Shown here in pieces: positions 37,972 through 48,626 of a stretch of DNA of 64,000 nt (its first letter is position 1; each line of letters starts with the position of its first letter). The position numbers and the translations under genes are program-made. The stretch covers positions 5,312,001-5,376,000 of the forward strand of contig OZ244587.1 in the NCBI GenBank assembly GCA_965218095.1. The letters run 5' to 3'. The notes beneath the pieces were generated by a model. It had not been told where the DNA came from. It saw nothing but the letters and a program-made list of their open reading frames with translations, and searched no databases. Origin of the DNA: Candidatus Poribacteria bacterium (lineage in GTDB: Bacteria; Poribacteria; WGA-4E; PCPOR2b).

Positions 37972-38055
37972 ATGACCGACAGCCCGAATCGGAGTTTTGA
38001 TAATCGCATTCCTGTGACGGCCGAGGTCGCTGTAGCCTTAATCGTCGGTGAGTAG
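37972..38055 (+). pseudogene. 5' remnant, possibly of an FAD-dependent oxidoreductase
   Basis: GGAGGT RBS; MTDSPNRSFDNRIPVTAEVAVALIVGE* resembles the 'IPV..EVDVLVVG' start. Confidence 0.4.
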
Positions 38056-38186
38056 AAGCGGTATTAGATGATCCTTCGGTGTGTGCTGCTGGCATCATGT
38101 TTCCTCTATGATGAAAGCTGGTCCTATTCGGGGAAGCTATTCTTTTCCCCTATGCAGCATCTGTTCAGCAATTATCTTGACTTTAT

Positions 38187-38280
38187 CTTATAGCGAGTAA
38201 AATGCGCGCTTCTCCCGTCATCCTGAACGAAGGGAAGGATCTCTTGCACCTTAACGAGGAGATTCTTCGCTGCGTTCTAT
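38187..38280. repeat. Dispersed intergenic repeat (GTCATCCTGAACGAAG..GAAGGATCT type)
   Basis: CTTATAGCGAGTAAAA..CGC..TTCTCCCGTCA...GGATCTC recurs at ~42917-42973; a related core lies at ~55016-55066. Confidence 0.75.
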
Positions 38281-38608
38281 TAGACTTCCAAGAAACTACC
38301 CGCGATGAGTTCAGATTAAAAGAGCTCATCGGCAGATCCACTGGTGGCTCCGGTCTCCGACCGAGAATCTTCGACTTGCCGCCTCAGTCCCCCAATGCTG
38401 GGGGGAGAATCGCAAAAACTCCTGAAGCCTGCCCCGACCCATCAGGGAATTGGAGGCCGGGGGGCGAATGTCAAGTTATACCATTTCTCAATTGAACCCA
38501 TTAAGAAATTCTGAGCAATTGCGACCGCTCCCTTGAATATGTTATAATCTACACAATTCATTCCACATAGGCCGTGTCAACCGACTAACGGCCGGGAGAA
38601 AACATAAC

Positions 38609-39364
38609 ATGAAAATTAGACCGAATCGAATCAAGCACAAACTGGCTGAAGGCGGCGCCGCCTATGTGGCCAGTGGCATTGCACACCCTGATGACATCGA
38701 TACCTTCGGCCCATCTGGGTTCGACGGAGTGTGGCTGGAAGGCGAACATGGGCCGGTAAGCGCCGCTGAACTCGGCAACCTCACCCGCGCCTGCGACATC
38801 TGGGGCATGACCTCCGTGGTTCGCATCAACCGAAACGATCAGGGCCTCATTTACCGTACGCTCGACCGAGGCGCCCAGGCCATCGTGGTTCCGCACGTCA
38901 ACACGAAGGAAGAGGCGCAAAATGTGGTTGACGGCGGCAAGTTTGCCCCTATCGGCTATCGGGGCATGTATACGAGCCGCCAGGGCTACGCTGTCCCCGA
39001 TTACTTCCAGGTAGCAAACGACGAGACACTGCTGATTGTACTGATTGAAGACATTGTTGCTGTCAGAAACCTCGACGACATCCTGACGGTGGACCACATC
39101 GATGTGTTCTTCGTCGCACCGTCAGACCTGGCAACTTCGATGGGGCACATCGACGACTTTCAGCATCCGGAGGTTCAGCACACGGTTGATGATGCATTAG
39201 CCCGCATTCAGGTGGCGGGACGCGTCGCCGGCGCACTCACCAACAGCGACACCGTCGCAAAATACGTTGCCGCTGGCGTGCGCTTCTTCCTGACCGGCGT
39301 TGGAGCGTGGATTGCCGCTGGAGCAGCTGAATTCATACGTTGCGCCGAAGAGGCCAAATCGTAA
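38609..39364 (+). CDS. HpcH/HpaI aldolase family protein
   Basis: GFDGVWLEGEHG, TLDRGA, IE, FVAPSDLA. Confidence 0.92.
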   Translation: MKIRPNRIKHKLAEGGAAYVASGIAHPDDIDTFGPSGFDGVWLEGEHGPVSAAELGNLTRACDIWGMTSVVRINRNDQGLIYRTLDRGAQAIVVPHVNTKEEAQNVVDGGKFAPIGYRGMYTSRQGYAVPDYFQVANDETLLIVLIEDIVAVRNLDDILTVDHIDVFFVAPSDLATSMGHIDDFQHPEVQHTVDDALARIQVAGRVAGALTNSDTVAKYVAAGVRFFLTGVGAWIAAGAAEFIRCAEEAKS

Positions 39365-39485
39365 GAAATATGAGGCGCTACAAGGATGAGTACTCTGTCA
39401 AATTTTGGCATATTTTCAGCCTGTAAGAAACCGAGTTTTTCTGAAAAAATTCGGTTTCTGGGCATACCAAAACTTACGTCCGGGT

Positions 39486-39685
39486 CTGATTAACTGACAA
39501 AACTCGGTCGGATCGATGTCATGGCTCGTTTTATCCGATTTCTCATGCGTTGTGGAGAGTAGAGACCAGGGAGCGAGGGAGCATGGAGGCGGGCAAGAGC
39601 GAACCTTATAGACTTGCTTCCTCACACACTTGCCCTCTCTGTTGACGGGCTGTCTGCTCCCAAACCACTTTTGTCAGTCAACCAG
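39486..39685. mobile_element. 200-bp MITE/internally deleted IS
   Basis: 17-bp IRs CTGATTAACTGACAAAA / TTTTGTCAGTCAACCAG (15/17); 9-bp flanking repeats CGTCCGGGT / CGTCCGGGC. Confidence 0.75.
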
Positions 39686-39768
39686 CGTCCGGGCACATAA
39701 TTTTACCGTCCCTTGCACAGCCTCAACAAGCAGATGACCCAAAGTGAGAAAGAGATAGGAGTGAAGCT

Positions 39769-40938
39769 ATGAAGATAACCCGAGTTACACCGTGGCTTGT
39801 CACTGCGCCTCAGCCGTACCTTGACACGGCTAATGAAGCACCCGACCAGGAACGGGAATACGTCTTTGTCCAGGTATCAACTGACGAGGACATCACCGGC
39901 TGGGGGGAGATCACCGTCTCTACCCGTTGGGCAAACCGCGCGATCTGCGCCGTGATTGCACATGTAGGCGAACTGATTGAGGGCGACGATCCTACACGCA
40001 TCGAGGCAACATGGAACAAGGTCTTCCGGGCCTTCACATACATGGGGACCCGGGGAGCAACGTCAAATGTGGTCAGCGCCATCGACATCGCATTGTGGGA
40101 TATTCGAGGAAAACAGTTGGACTTACCAATCTACGAACTGCTCGGCGGCCCGGTCCGGGACTCGATAGCCCTTTACACACACCCAAATGGTGGAGAAACC
40201 CCGGAGAGCATTGCGGCGCACTGCAAGGCAATCGTGGAGACTGGTCACACCGCATTGAAGGCCGACCCCTTCCCAAAGCAACCCGAAGAGGCAAACGGTT
40301 ACTTGAGCGGGCAGATAGACGCAGCCGGAGAAGAACATGGGGCAAACGTGATTGCCGCGATTCGAGAGGCAGTTGGACCCAGCATCGAGATTCTAATTGA
40401 TTGCCATGGCCGGTTCGATGTCGCAACAGCAATTCGGTTGGCTGACCGTCTGGCGCCGTACAACATTGGGTGGTTCGAGGAGCCGGTCCCCGTTGAGAGT
40501 TACCATGCCTTGAGGCAGGTCCGAGAGCACACAAATGTACCGATCTGCGTTGGCGAGCGGCTGCACACCCGCTATGAGTTCCTGCCAATCCTTGAGAACA
40601 AGCTCGCCGATTACATCATGCCGGACGTTACATGGGCCGGCGGCATTTCGGAGTTGAAGAAAATTTCGACGCTAGCTGAGGCTTACTACGTGCCGCTGTC
40701 GCCGCACGACGCAAGCGGGCCAATTAACGTACTTGCTGGGGCGCACACGATGATGACGACGCCGAACTTCTACAAGCTAGAGACCATGCGCGCCAAGCTA
40801 AATGCGTATGATGTGTTGGTGGATCATCCGCTGGAAATCCGGGATGGTCACCTGTACCTGTCAAACCGGCCCGGACTTGGGATTGAGATGAACGTGGATT
40901 ACCTGCGCAGCAAAGCAATCGCGCCGTTTTCAGGTTGA
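39769..40938 (+). CDS. Galactonate dehydratase-like enolase superfamily protein
   Basis: SAIDIALWDIRGK, DCHGR, WFEEP, GERL, PH, PGLG. Confidence 0.9.
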   Translation: MKITRVTPWLVTAPQPYLDTANEAPDQEREYVFVQVSTDEDITGWGEITVSTRWANRAICAVIAHVGELIEGDDPTRIEATWNKVFRAFTYMGTRGATSNVVSAIDIALWDIRGKQLDLPIYELLGGPVRDSIALYTHPNGGETPESIAAHCKAIVETGHTALKADPFPKQPEEANGYLSGQIDAAGEEHGANVIAAIREAVGPSIEILIDCHGRFDVATAIRLADRLAPYNIGWFEEPVPVESYHALRQVREHTNVPICVGERLHTRYEFLPILENKLADYIMPDVTWAGGISELKKISTLAEAYYVPLSPHDASGPINVLAGAHTMMTTPNFYKLETMRAKLNAYDVLVDHPLEIRDGHLYLSNRPGLGIEMNVDYLRSKAIAPFSG

Positions 40939-41081
40939 AGCGCTAGTGGCCCGTCAAGTTTAGTTTGATGGATAGGTTTCCGGGTGAGGCTCCCGTGCTC
41001 ATCCGAGAATCGGACCGAACCCAGCCGGTATTGGCTCGGCAGGAGCCTCGCCCTCCCGGCATCGAAAGCGGGCATCGCTGC

Positions 41082-41162
41082 TTACAGTCCGGCGTCAATC
41101 GGCAGCGCTATGCCCGAAATCCACCAGGCCCCGTCGCTAGACAGAAATATCGTAGCCCAGGG
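41082..41162 (-). pseudogene. SDR C-terminal remnant
   Basis: WATIFLSSDGAWWISGIALPIDAGL*. Confidence 0.55.
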
Positions 41163-41242
41163 TTCCTAACTGCCCCAAATACCTCTGCCTTGACCCGGTA
41201 GCCATGAGCGCCAAGCTCATCATCAAAAAGGGGTTAATATCT

Positions 41243-42877
41243 ATGAACGTTTCACTCAAACAACCTCTCCTGCTCAACGACGAGCAGATCCGCGAATTCA
41301 TTGTTAATGGGTATATTGTCCTGAAGCCATCCGTCCCCGATGAACTTCATAAAACCATTTCTCGGAAACTGACGGAAGTTCTGGATGGAGGGGCCAATCC
41401 GGGGAACAATGTCCTGCCGCGGGTTCCAGAGATGCGGCACATCGTCAACAGTCCCGAAGTGCGGGGTGCGCTGATTAGCGCCCTGGGTGAGGACTACATT
41501 GAACACCCGCACCGCTACTGCCATTACCTTGCGCCGGCTCCAGAACCTGACCCTGATCCAGCCGTTAAGCTGGCTGCGAACTGTCATCAGGACGCATATA
41601 CGCCCCTGGGCCGCCCCCGGCAGCATTATTCGCGTTACGCGAGGATTATGTACTACCCGCAGGATACGCCGATTGAACTGGGACCGACCCACGTTATCCC
41701 CGGCACCCAATTTAATAAGGGGCTTACCGACGAAGACCGGTTACGTGCCATACCTACAGCAGGAAAAGCGGGCACAGTGTCGCTGACGCATTTCGACGTC
41801 GGTCATGCCGCAGGCGTCAATCTCGTGAATAAACCCCGCTACATGGTGAAGTTCATTTATGTTCGCGCTTTGGAGCCGAAAGCACCGTCGTGGAATTGCC
41901 AAAACCTGCAATGGCGGAAACCCCGCAATATCGAAGCGCAATATAATTTGGAACTGGCCTGGTCTCACAGTTGGGATTGGATGTGTGGGAAGCGGGATCG
42001 CTACGAAAGCCTCCGAAACGACGGGGCTAAGTCCTCCAATGGCGACTTGGGCCAACTGATTGCAGACCTGGGTGTCGACCGAGAATTGTGCGCTCGCTTG
42101 CAGGCTGTCTACGACCTTGCCGGGCTTGGCCCCAATGCCGCCGCCGCCATCCCTGACCTGGTCAACATGCTGGAAACCGACCATCAAGCGGCGCGAGTGG
42201 CAGCGATCTATGCGCTCGGCGCGATCGGCAAACCCGCTGTCGATCCGCTGATGGAGATGCTGAAAGCGGCGGGTCGCCGAGAAGATGCACATCTAGTCCC
42301 CGAACCTTGGGACGAAGGCGCCATCTCGATGGAAGACGCGGCGCACGCTTTGACCGCCGTTGGAGCGCCTGCCGTTAGATCCCTGACCGAAGCCCTGGAG
42401 TCCCCCAGCGAATGGGTCCGCATTAATGCCGCCTTCGCGCTCGGCGAGATGGATTCGCATGCAGCGAGTGCCGTGTCGAACCTGACGAAGCGCCTGGGCG
42501 ATGACTCTCATCGCATCGTCCGCACCGCGACGGACGCGCTGGGAAGCATCCGCCAAAGCTACCCGACGTTTATCCCGCACATCAGTCGTTTGCTGCTGGA
42601 GGAGTGGGTGGACTGGAACGAGGAGGCGCGTCGCGGCTGGACAGCTCAAGACCAAGTTCGCGTCAACGCCGCGATGGCGTTTACGCGGTTGGGTAAAAAC
42701 GCCGCGGGCGCCGAGGACGTTTTGCTCCACGCGCTGGACGATCCGTGTGGGCATGTGGGCGCCTTTGCCATGGATGCATTGAAGCGCATTGATTTGCCAG
42801 CCGCTAGGCAAGCTATGATGGAGTACCTGGAGGCCCAGCGCTGGGATGAATCTATCACGGCAGATAGGCAGTTTTGA
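41243..42877 (+). CDS. PhyH-like dioxygenase domain fused to HEAT/PBS-lyase repeats
   Basis: HQD, YYPQDTPIELGPT..PGT; repeats RVAAIYALGAIG, VRINAAFALGEM, VRTATDALGSI. Confidence 0.88.
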   Translation: MNVSLKQPLLLNDEQIREFIVNGYIVLKPSVPDELHKTISRKLTEVLDGGANPGNNVLPRVPEMRHIVNSPEVRGALISALGEDYIEHPHRYCHYLAPAPEPDPDPAVKLAANCHQDAYTPLGRPRQHYSRYARIMYYPQDTPIELGPTHVIPGTQFNKGLTDEDRLRAIPTAGKAGTVSLTHFDVGHAAGVNLVNKPRYMVKFIYVRALEPKAPSWNCQNLQWRKPRNIEAQYNLELAWSHSWDWMCGKRDRYESLRNDGAKSSNGDLGQLIADLGVDRELCARLQAVYDLAGLGPNAAAAIPDLVNMLETDHQAARVAAIYALGAIGKPAVDPLMEMLKAAGRREDAHLVPEPWDEGAISMEDAAHALTAVGAPAVRSLTEALESPSEWVRINAAFALGEMDSHAASAVSNLTKRLGDDSHRIVRTATDALGSIRQSYPTFIPHISRLLLEEWVDWNEEARRGWTAQDQVRVNAAMAFTRLGKNAAGAEDVLLHALDDPCGHVGAFAMDALKRIDLPAARQAMMEYLEAQRWDESITADRQF

Positions 42878-43051
42878 AGTTTCATGGCTCACTCAGTGAA
42901 GCAGTTTATGACAGAACTTATAGCGAGTAAAACGCGCTCTTCTCCCGTCAGCTTTAACGAAGTGAGGGATCTCTATCGGCATCGGGTCAGTAGGATAACG
43001 AACACTATTTCTTGAGGCGAGGGAAATGTTGAACCAACAAAGGAGATTATC

Positions 43052-43801
43052 ATGAGACAGTCAAGCAACGAAGGCAGGCTCGCTGGTAGGGTCGCGATTA
43101 TAGCGGGTGCTGGCGGAGGTATGGGACGTGCCACGCCTCTGTGGTTTGCGGCAGAAGGTGCAAAACTCATGCTTGTGGCGCGTCGAGCGGAGCCATTAGA
43201 GAAAATGGTCTCCGAGATCCAGGCGAATGGGGGAGAGGCAGACTATGTGACCGCCGATCTCACAACCATTGAGGGCGGTGCAAAGATGACGGATGCGACC
43301 ATTGAGCGGTGGGGGCAGATTGATGTGTTGTTCGACAACCTGGGGGATGCTGCGGCAAGTGGGTTGCGGCTGCACGAAACTGACGAGGAAGCGTGGAAGT
43401 ATCTGGTGGACATCAACCTCCACACTGCTTATATGTGTACTCACGCCCTGTTCCCACACATGCAGGCGCGAAAACAGGGCTCGGTTATCTTGGTCTCGGC
43501 TGCCAGCGCAACCCGTCAACGCGCCAACGCCGGATATGGTGCAGCGAAATGGGGGCTTGTCGGGCTGACTCGCAATCTCGCTCGACAATATCGCGATGAT
43601 GGGATTCGGATTAACTGCATCTGTCCGGGCAGCATTGGCGATTCTCGCGGTGAGGAAGACGCTGGGGCGCCGCCGCCCGAATTGGTTCGTGAGGGGCATC
43701 CGGCTGACATTGCCATGGCGGCGGTCTTTCTAGCGTCTGATGAGTCCGCTTGGGTTACCGGCGTCAGTATTGACATTGACGGCGGCGAATCGGTGGCGTA
43801 A
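43052..43801 (+). CDS. SDR family oxidoreductase
   Basis: GAGGGMG, YGAAK, ICPG, DGG. Confidence 0.9.
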   Translation: MRQSSNEGRLAGRVAIIAGAGGGMGRATPLWFAAEGAKLMLVARRAEPLEKMVSEIQANGGEADYVTADLTTIEGGAKMTDATIERWGQIDVLFDNLGDAAASGLRLHETDEEAWKYLVDINLHTAYMCTHALFPHMQARKQGSVILVSAASATRQRANAGYGAAKWGLVGLTRNLARQYRDDGIRINCICPGSIGDSRGEEDAGAPPPELVREGHPADIAMAAVFLASDESAWVTGVSIDIDGGESVA

Positions 43802-43832
43802 CTGAAAAACGGAAATGAACCCGTAGTACCCA

Positions 43833-44654
43833 TCACTGACCATTGGTAGGGTCAGCAAGACCCAGAAGGCTCAGCATGTCACGATGCAAGATCTGAGAAG
43901 GCAGGTCATCCGGCAGCGGAGGCAGGTGCAGCCCTTTAACGATTTCATTGAAAGCGGTTATTAGAAAATCGGTGCCGAAAAACAGCTTGTCGGTGACGCC
44001 GTATTCGACTACCAGCCGTAGCGAGTTGTAGAATTGCCAGGGCGGGGAGAATAGAGCGGAAATGTCCGCAAAGACGTTGGGTTGCTTTCGGATGAGAACG
44101 ATGGTCTCCGCTTCCCAGGGATGCCAGATGTGGGCAATGACCATCTTTAGATCGGGGAAGCGAAGTGCAACATCTTCGAGCAGGACGTACTTCATCGGTG
44201 CTTTCCGCGGATAGGTCGTTCCTCGATGAAACATGATCGGCAGCCCAAGTTCTTCAGCACGGGCGAAGATTTGGAGGGCGCGAGGGCCCAGAGGGTTCCA
44301 TCCCCCGTAGATTGGGCTCATTTTTAGCTCGCGAAACCCCAGTTCTTGCACAGCGCGATCTACTTCTGAGAGGGCGCCATCTTCGGTTGGACAGATTGCT
44401 GCAAAGCCGATAAGTTTTTTCAGATCCGTGCGAATGTAGTCTGCGACGGTGTTGTTGACGGTAAGGAAACCGGTGAGTGGCGCTCACAGTCCGAATACAA
44501 TCGCACGGTCTACCTTCGCTACAGCGGCAGCGTGCATTTCCGGTGTGATGTCCAGGTCTACCTCTTGCCTGCGCATGATAAAGGTTTCACGGGCGAGCGC
44601 CTCAGTCAACTCGCCCGGATATCCCCAGAAATCGGTGTAACAATCAATGATCAG
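43833..44654 (-). pseudogene. Amidohydrolase_2 family pseudogene
   Basis: Split over frames; start CTG; IIDCYTD (HxH lost); FPDLKMVIAH, FGTDF. Confidence 0.8.
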
Positions 44655-44886
44655 TGGTATTTCACCCTTCGTTAATCTCAGCCAAGTTGCCACCTATTCC
44701 CATTTCGGTTTGGAAATCTGGAAGGACAAAGACGAGGGAACGGAAGAAAAGGAAGAAGGGGAAGGAGGAAGCGGCATTACATCCTTTCCTTCCATTCTTT
44801 TCTTCCTTCCAGCAAGCAACTCCTCATTATGGGAAATAGGTTAACAAGCCCAACCGGTATAGTTGGCTAGAAGGTAGCAACTCGGC

Positions 44887-45711
44887 TTAATCTCTTTTAG
44901 GGGGTTTGATTTCTTTGTTTACAGCCCATTCAGGATAGTAACTGTACGTCTCGGCGCCTGGGTAGGGACTTCCAAGGGGCTGCGGCGGCACATAGAATGG
45001 CCCCGGTGATCCGATCATGACAGACATGATGAATTGAAGCCCCACCGATCGAAGACAACGGGCAGAGCGCACATTCCACGGTGCGGTTGTGGCAAGAACG
45101 AACCGGTTATTTTCCAGTATCCATTGCCCAGCCGCGCTCACGACAGCGCGTCCTAGTCCACGACCTTTGGCTTCCGGTGCAGCGTCCACACCGATTTCCC
45201 AGATGCGGTCATCCTCGGCGCGGACCGTTGCGAGTGCTGCTAGTTTGCCCTCCTCGAAGATTCCGAAACCGACCCTTGCCTCGTCTGAAAAGCAATGCCA
45301 AAAAATACGATTATTGACTGTTTCAGCCAGTTTATCTGCGGAAAGCTGTACAGGACGGACGTCCTCTACCGAGCGAAAACAGTCCGCATCGCCGACATAA
45401 AACCAGCTTGGTCCCCACACCCCACAGCCGTCGGGCAGTAACATGCGCGCGAGTTCATAGGCGCCGAATATTGAGAACAGTTCATCCAGCGCCAAGTTCG
45501 CTACGATCGGTTTAAGTGCCTTCACCCACCGCTGCTGCGTTGCGACAAGTCCACGCTCGCCGACCCTGGCTGCGAACAGCGCACTCGAATCGGATGACCC
45601 ATATTCGCTCTCATACACCGGTATTGGATCGGAACCTGCAAGATCCAGAGATACCCCGATCTTCTCATCCAGCCACGGACGAAGGTCTTCGGTAAGGCTT
45701 GATGCTTTCAT
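44887..45711 (-). CDS. GNAT family acetyltransferase
   Basis: WEIGV..PEAKGRGLG, NVRSA. Confidence 0.82.
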   Translation of the reverse strand: MKASSLTEDLRPWLDEKIGVSLDLAGSDPIPVYESEYGSSDSSALFAARVGERGLVATQQRWVKALKPIVANLALDELFSIFGAYELARMLLPDGCGVWGPSWFYVGDADCFRSVEDVRPVQLSADKLAETVNNRIFWHCFSDEARVGFGIFEEGKLAALATVRAEDDRIWEIGVDAAPEAKGRGLGRAVVSAAGQWILENNRFVLATTAPWNVRSARCLRSVGLQFIMSVMIGSPGPFYVPPQPLGSPYPGAETYSYYPEWAVNKEIKPPKRD

Positions 45712-45713
45712 AG

Positions 45714-46490
45714 CTATTTCTCTCCTGTCGGATTCATGCGTAGGATTTCCAGATTTTGTTTTAGTGCCTGCGTGCCGTAAGATAGGGCATTGCCGACGTT
45801 GAGAAAACGATAGCCCCACCGAATCTTCTCCTGAATCTCGGATACCTCCCCAAGCGTGGTACCGGCGACAATGCCAGCGCCTTCGAGCCGGCGGGGCACA
45901 TCCTGCATAATCTCCTGAACCTCCTGAGAACCGGTTTCCGTGATCCTTCCAACTGAGGCGGAGAGATCTAACGGCCCAACGAGAAGGACATCAATGCCTG
46001 GGACTTTTGCAATCTCGTCAATGTTTTCGTACCCCTGCCGACTCTCAATCTGGAGAACCAACACCGTCTCTTCATTGGCGGTCTTGATGACGTGAGTCCA
46101 GTCCTCTCCGGCGATGATGGGCCATCGGGGAGAGATGCCGCGCTTCCCTTCCGGGGCATAGCGGGCGTATTGCACAGCCTGGGCGGCTTCTTCCGGGGTG
46201 TCAACTTGAGGTACCATCACGGCTACTGCGCCTACATCGTAGGCTTTCTTAATCAGCGCCGGATCATTCCAGGCTACCCGGATCATAGGAGCCACACCTT
46301 TCTGTCGGGCGAGGACAGGGACGATCTCCAACGCTTCAGTCCCAAATGGCGCATGCTCGGTGTCGATCCAGAGGAAGTCGGGGTCAGCCTGGGCTATCAT
46401 GCTGACGACGAATGGGGAAGGCACTGACAGCGAAGAGCCTAGCACGAGTTCTCCGTTTCTAAGTTTCTGCTTGAGCGGATTGGGGTACAT
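45714..46490 (-). CDS. HpcH/HpaI aldolase family protein
   Basis: WIDTEHAP, YDVGA, QIE, VGPLDLS. Confidence 0.92.
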   Translation of the reverse strand: MYPNPLKQKLRNGELVLGSSLSVPSPFVVSMIAQADPDFLWIDTEHAPFGTEALEIVPVLARQKGVAPMIRVAWNDPALIKKAYDVGAVAVMVPQVDTPEEAAQAVQYARYAPEGKRGISPRWPIIAGEDWTHVIKTANEETVLVLQIESRQGYENIDEIAKVPGIDVLLVGPLDLSASVGRITETGSQEVQEIMQDVPRRLEGAGIVAGTTLGEVSEIQEKIRWGYRFLNVGNALSYGTQALKQNLEILRMNPTGEK

Positions 46491-46892
46491 GGTGTTTTCC
46501 TGATGAAATCTGGATGCTTGAGTTTGAATACCAAAGCGTGTGAAACTATTGACATAATTTAATCCTAGTTTAGCAGGTTTTCTGCTGATCGTCAAATAGA
46601 TTTTTTAACTCAGATTCAAGTTGAGAGTCTCCTGATCTCACTTGTGATTTTCTTGATACACCCGGTCGCGTTTTTGCTGGACATTTTAACAGATCTCTAT
46701 TATACTGCGTGAAAGCGGTTGATAAAATAATAACAATTCTTGTCAAATAATTGCTGTCAAAGGATTTTCACGTGATTCAGTTTTCTGGAAAATTTGGGAG
46801 TAAATCCGGTTGTCGCTTGTCGTGTCATGTAATGCCTAAAAAAGGCGTGATATACAGGGAATTTCTGCTTGAACGATTGATGGAGGAAATCA

Positions 46893-48077
46893 ATGATAGA
46901 TGGACCACGCGCCTGTCAGGCGTCGGAATTTGAAGAGGTAGTCGTCCTGATCAATCGGGTGTTCAGAGCGGGGACAGGCCAGGATATTCGGACGGACTAC
47001 CCGCTGGTGTTTAATCCGTCAAGAATGGAGTACATGCGCATCCTCAAGGTGGACGGCAAAGTCGTTTCGCATGTGCCGGTCTGGCCACGCGAAGTCGTCG
47101 CCGCAGACGACAGGTTCATGATCGGCATCATCAGCCCCACTGTCACGCACCCGGATTATCGCCGACGGGGATATGCTACCCTTTGCCTTCAAGACTGTAT
47201 CCGCATCATGAAGGAGAACAAGTGGACCGTCTCTGTGTTATGGACGATGGAAGCGACGTTCCCCTTTTATCAGCGGTCCGGCTGGGAAGCGGTTGGGGCG
47301 CAGGGCTGGGTCTATCGGCTCCACTCGGAGGATAGCAAACTTTTTGAAGGCGGCGCTTTCGATGTCATTCAATACGACCCGGCGAATCTCCATCATCTTG
47401 AGACAATTATGAAGTTCCACGATGCAGAGCCTTATCGCATCACCCGCTCTCACACGGAGTACCATGCCCTTTTTTCTTTGCCGAAGACGACCACCTTCCT
47501 GGCGATGAAGGGAACAGAAGTCGCCGCTTACCTGACGGTCGGAGAAGGAACTAACAAGCCCGGTTTAATCGAAGGTGGAGGCGATATGGGTGGGCTGGAA
47601 ACTCTAGTCAGATGTGCTTTGCTGGAACGAGATGCGGGCGAGGAAATTCAAGCGCCGGTACCGTTGACGCCATCTTGTCTCGGACAGCTTATGGAGACCA
47701 AGAAACCGGGAAGCCGATGGCCGGTTGAGGAGGCAAAGGGTGTGGGCTATCAGATGATGCGAGTCAATAGTCTTGAAACATTGCTGCGACAGATTCAGAA
47801 TGACTTACGAAGAAAATCTATCGGACTGCATGGCAGCGTCTGCTTGGTCTGTCGAGAAACCGATGAGGCCGTTACTCTCAAGTTCCGCGGTGGGGATGTT
47901 GATGTATCAGCCGAGCGATCTGCAGAGCTAGTAGTGCTGACCTGTCGGGAGCTTACGCAACTAATTTTTGGCGCTCACCCCGCCGCGAAGCCGGTCGAGT
48001 GTCACGGAACGGCAAGTGAAATTCTGAAGGAGATCTTTCCCTTTTACTTTCCGATTTGGGAATTGGATCACTCTTGA
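46893..48077 (+). CDS. Eis-like GNAT acetyltransferase with SCP2-like C-terminus
   Basis: THPDYRRRGYA, FYQRSGWE, LTQLIFG. Confidence 0.82.
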   Translation: MIDGPRACQASEFEEVVVLINRVFRAGTGQDIRTDYPLVFNPSRMEYMRILKVDGKVVSHVPVWPREVVAADDRFMIGIISPTVTHPDYRRRGYATLCLQDCIRIMKENKWTVSVLWTMEATFPFYQRSGWEAVGAQGWVYRLHSEDSKLFEGGAFDVIQYDPANLHHLETIMKFHDAEPYRITRSHTEYHALFSLPKTTTFLAMKGTEVAAYLTVGEGTNKPGLIEGGGDMGGLETLVRCALLERDAGEEIQAPVPLTPSCLGQLMETKKPGSRWPVEEAKGVGYQMMRVNSLETLLRQIQNDLRRKSIGLHGSVCLVCRETDEAVTLKFRGGDVDVSAERSAELVVLTCRELTQLIFGAHPAAKPVECHGTASEILKEIFPFYFPIWELDHS

Positions 48078-48099
48078 AATTGAAGCGAGGTATTGAGAA

Positions 48100-48600
48100 A
48101 TGGCTGTTCGGGAAATTCTACTGCTCGGAAACCCTAAGCTGTATGAAATATGTGAGCCGGTTAAAAAAGCAGAGCTCGAAACTATCAAACCTGCTGTCCA
48201 AGATCTGCACGACACCTTGATGGACTTTAGAGAAAAATATAACGCCGGTCGGGCAATCGCCGCGCCACAAATTGGCGTGATGAAACGCGTGGTCTACATG
48301 TACATCGACAGACCGGCCGTTTTCATAAATCCATTCTTAGATCTCAAGAATGCAGAGATGATGGAACTGTGGGATGACTGTATGAGTTTTCCCGATCTCC
48401 TTGTAAGGGTTCGTCGGCATCAACGGTGTCGAATTACATATCGGGATGAAAACTGGGGCGAACAAAGCATAGAGCTTGAGGGAGACCTCTCGGAGCTCTT
48501 ACAGCACGAGGTTGATCATCTCGACGGAATATTGGCTGTGCAAAGATCAATTGATGATAAATCGTTTGCCCTCAGGAGCCAACGTTGCTTCTTGAGGTGA
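48100..48600 (+). CDS. def: Peptide deformylase-like protein (variant motifs)
   Basis: AIAAPQIG, DDCMSFP, QHEVDHLDG. Confidence 0.85.
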   Translation: MAVREILLLGNPKLYEICEPVKKAELETIKPAVQDLHDTLMDFREKYNAGRAIAAPQIGVMKRVVYMYIDRPAVFINPFLDLKNAEMMELWDDCMSFPDLLVRVRRHQRCRITYRDENWGEQSIELEGDLSELLQHEVDHLDGILAVQRSIDDKSFALRSQRCFLR

Positions 48601-48626
48601 TTCGAGTGCAGATTGAGGTACTCACA

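Noticed and set aside
38202-38495. 97-aa ORF (also the 55037-55201 and 36724-36933 extensions)
   Set aside because: These are read-through of intergenic repeat elements; where a real gene follows, a better RBS-linked start lies downstream.
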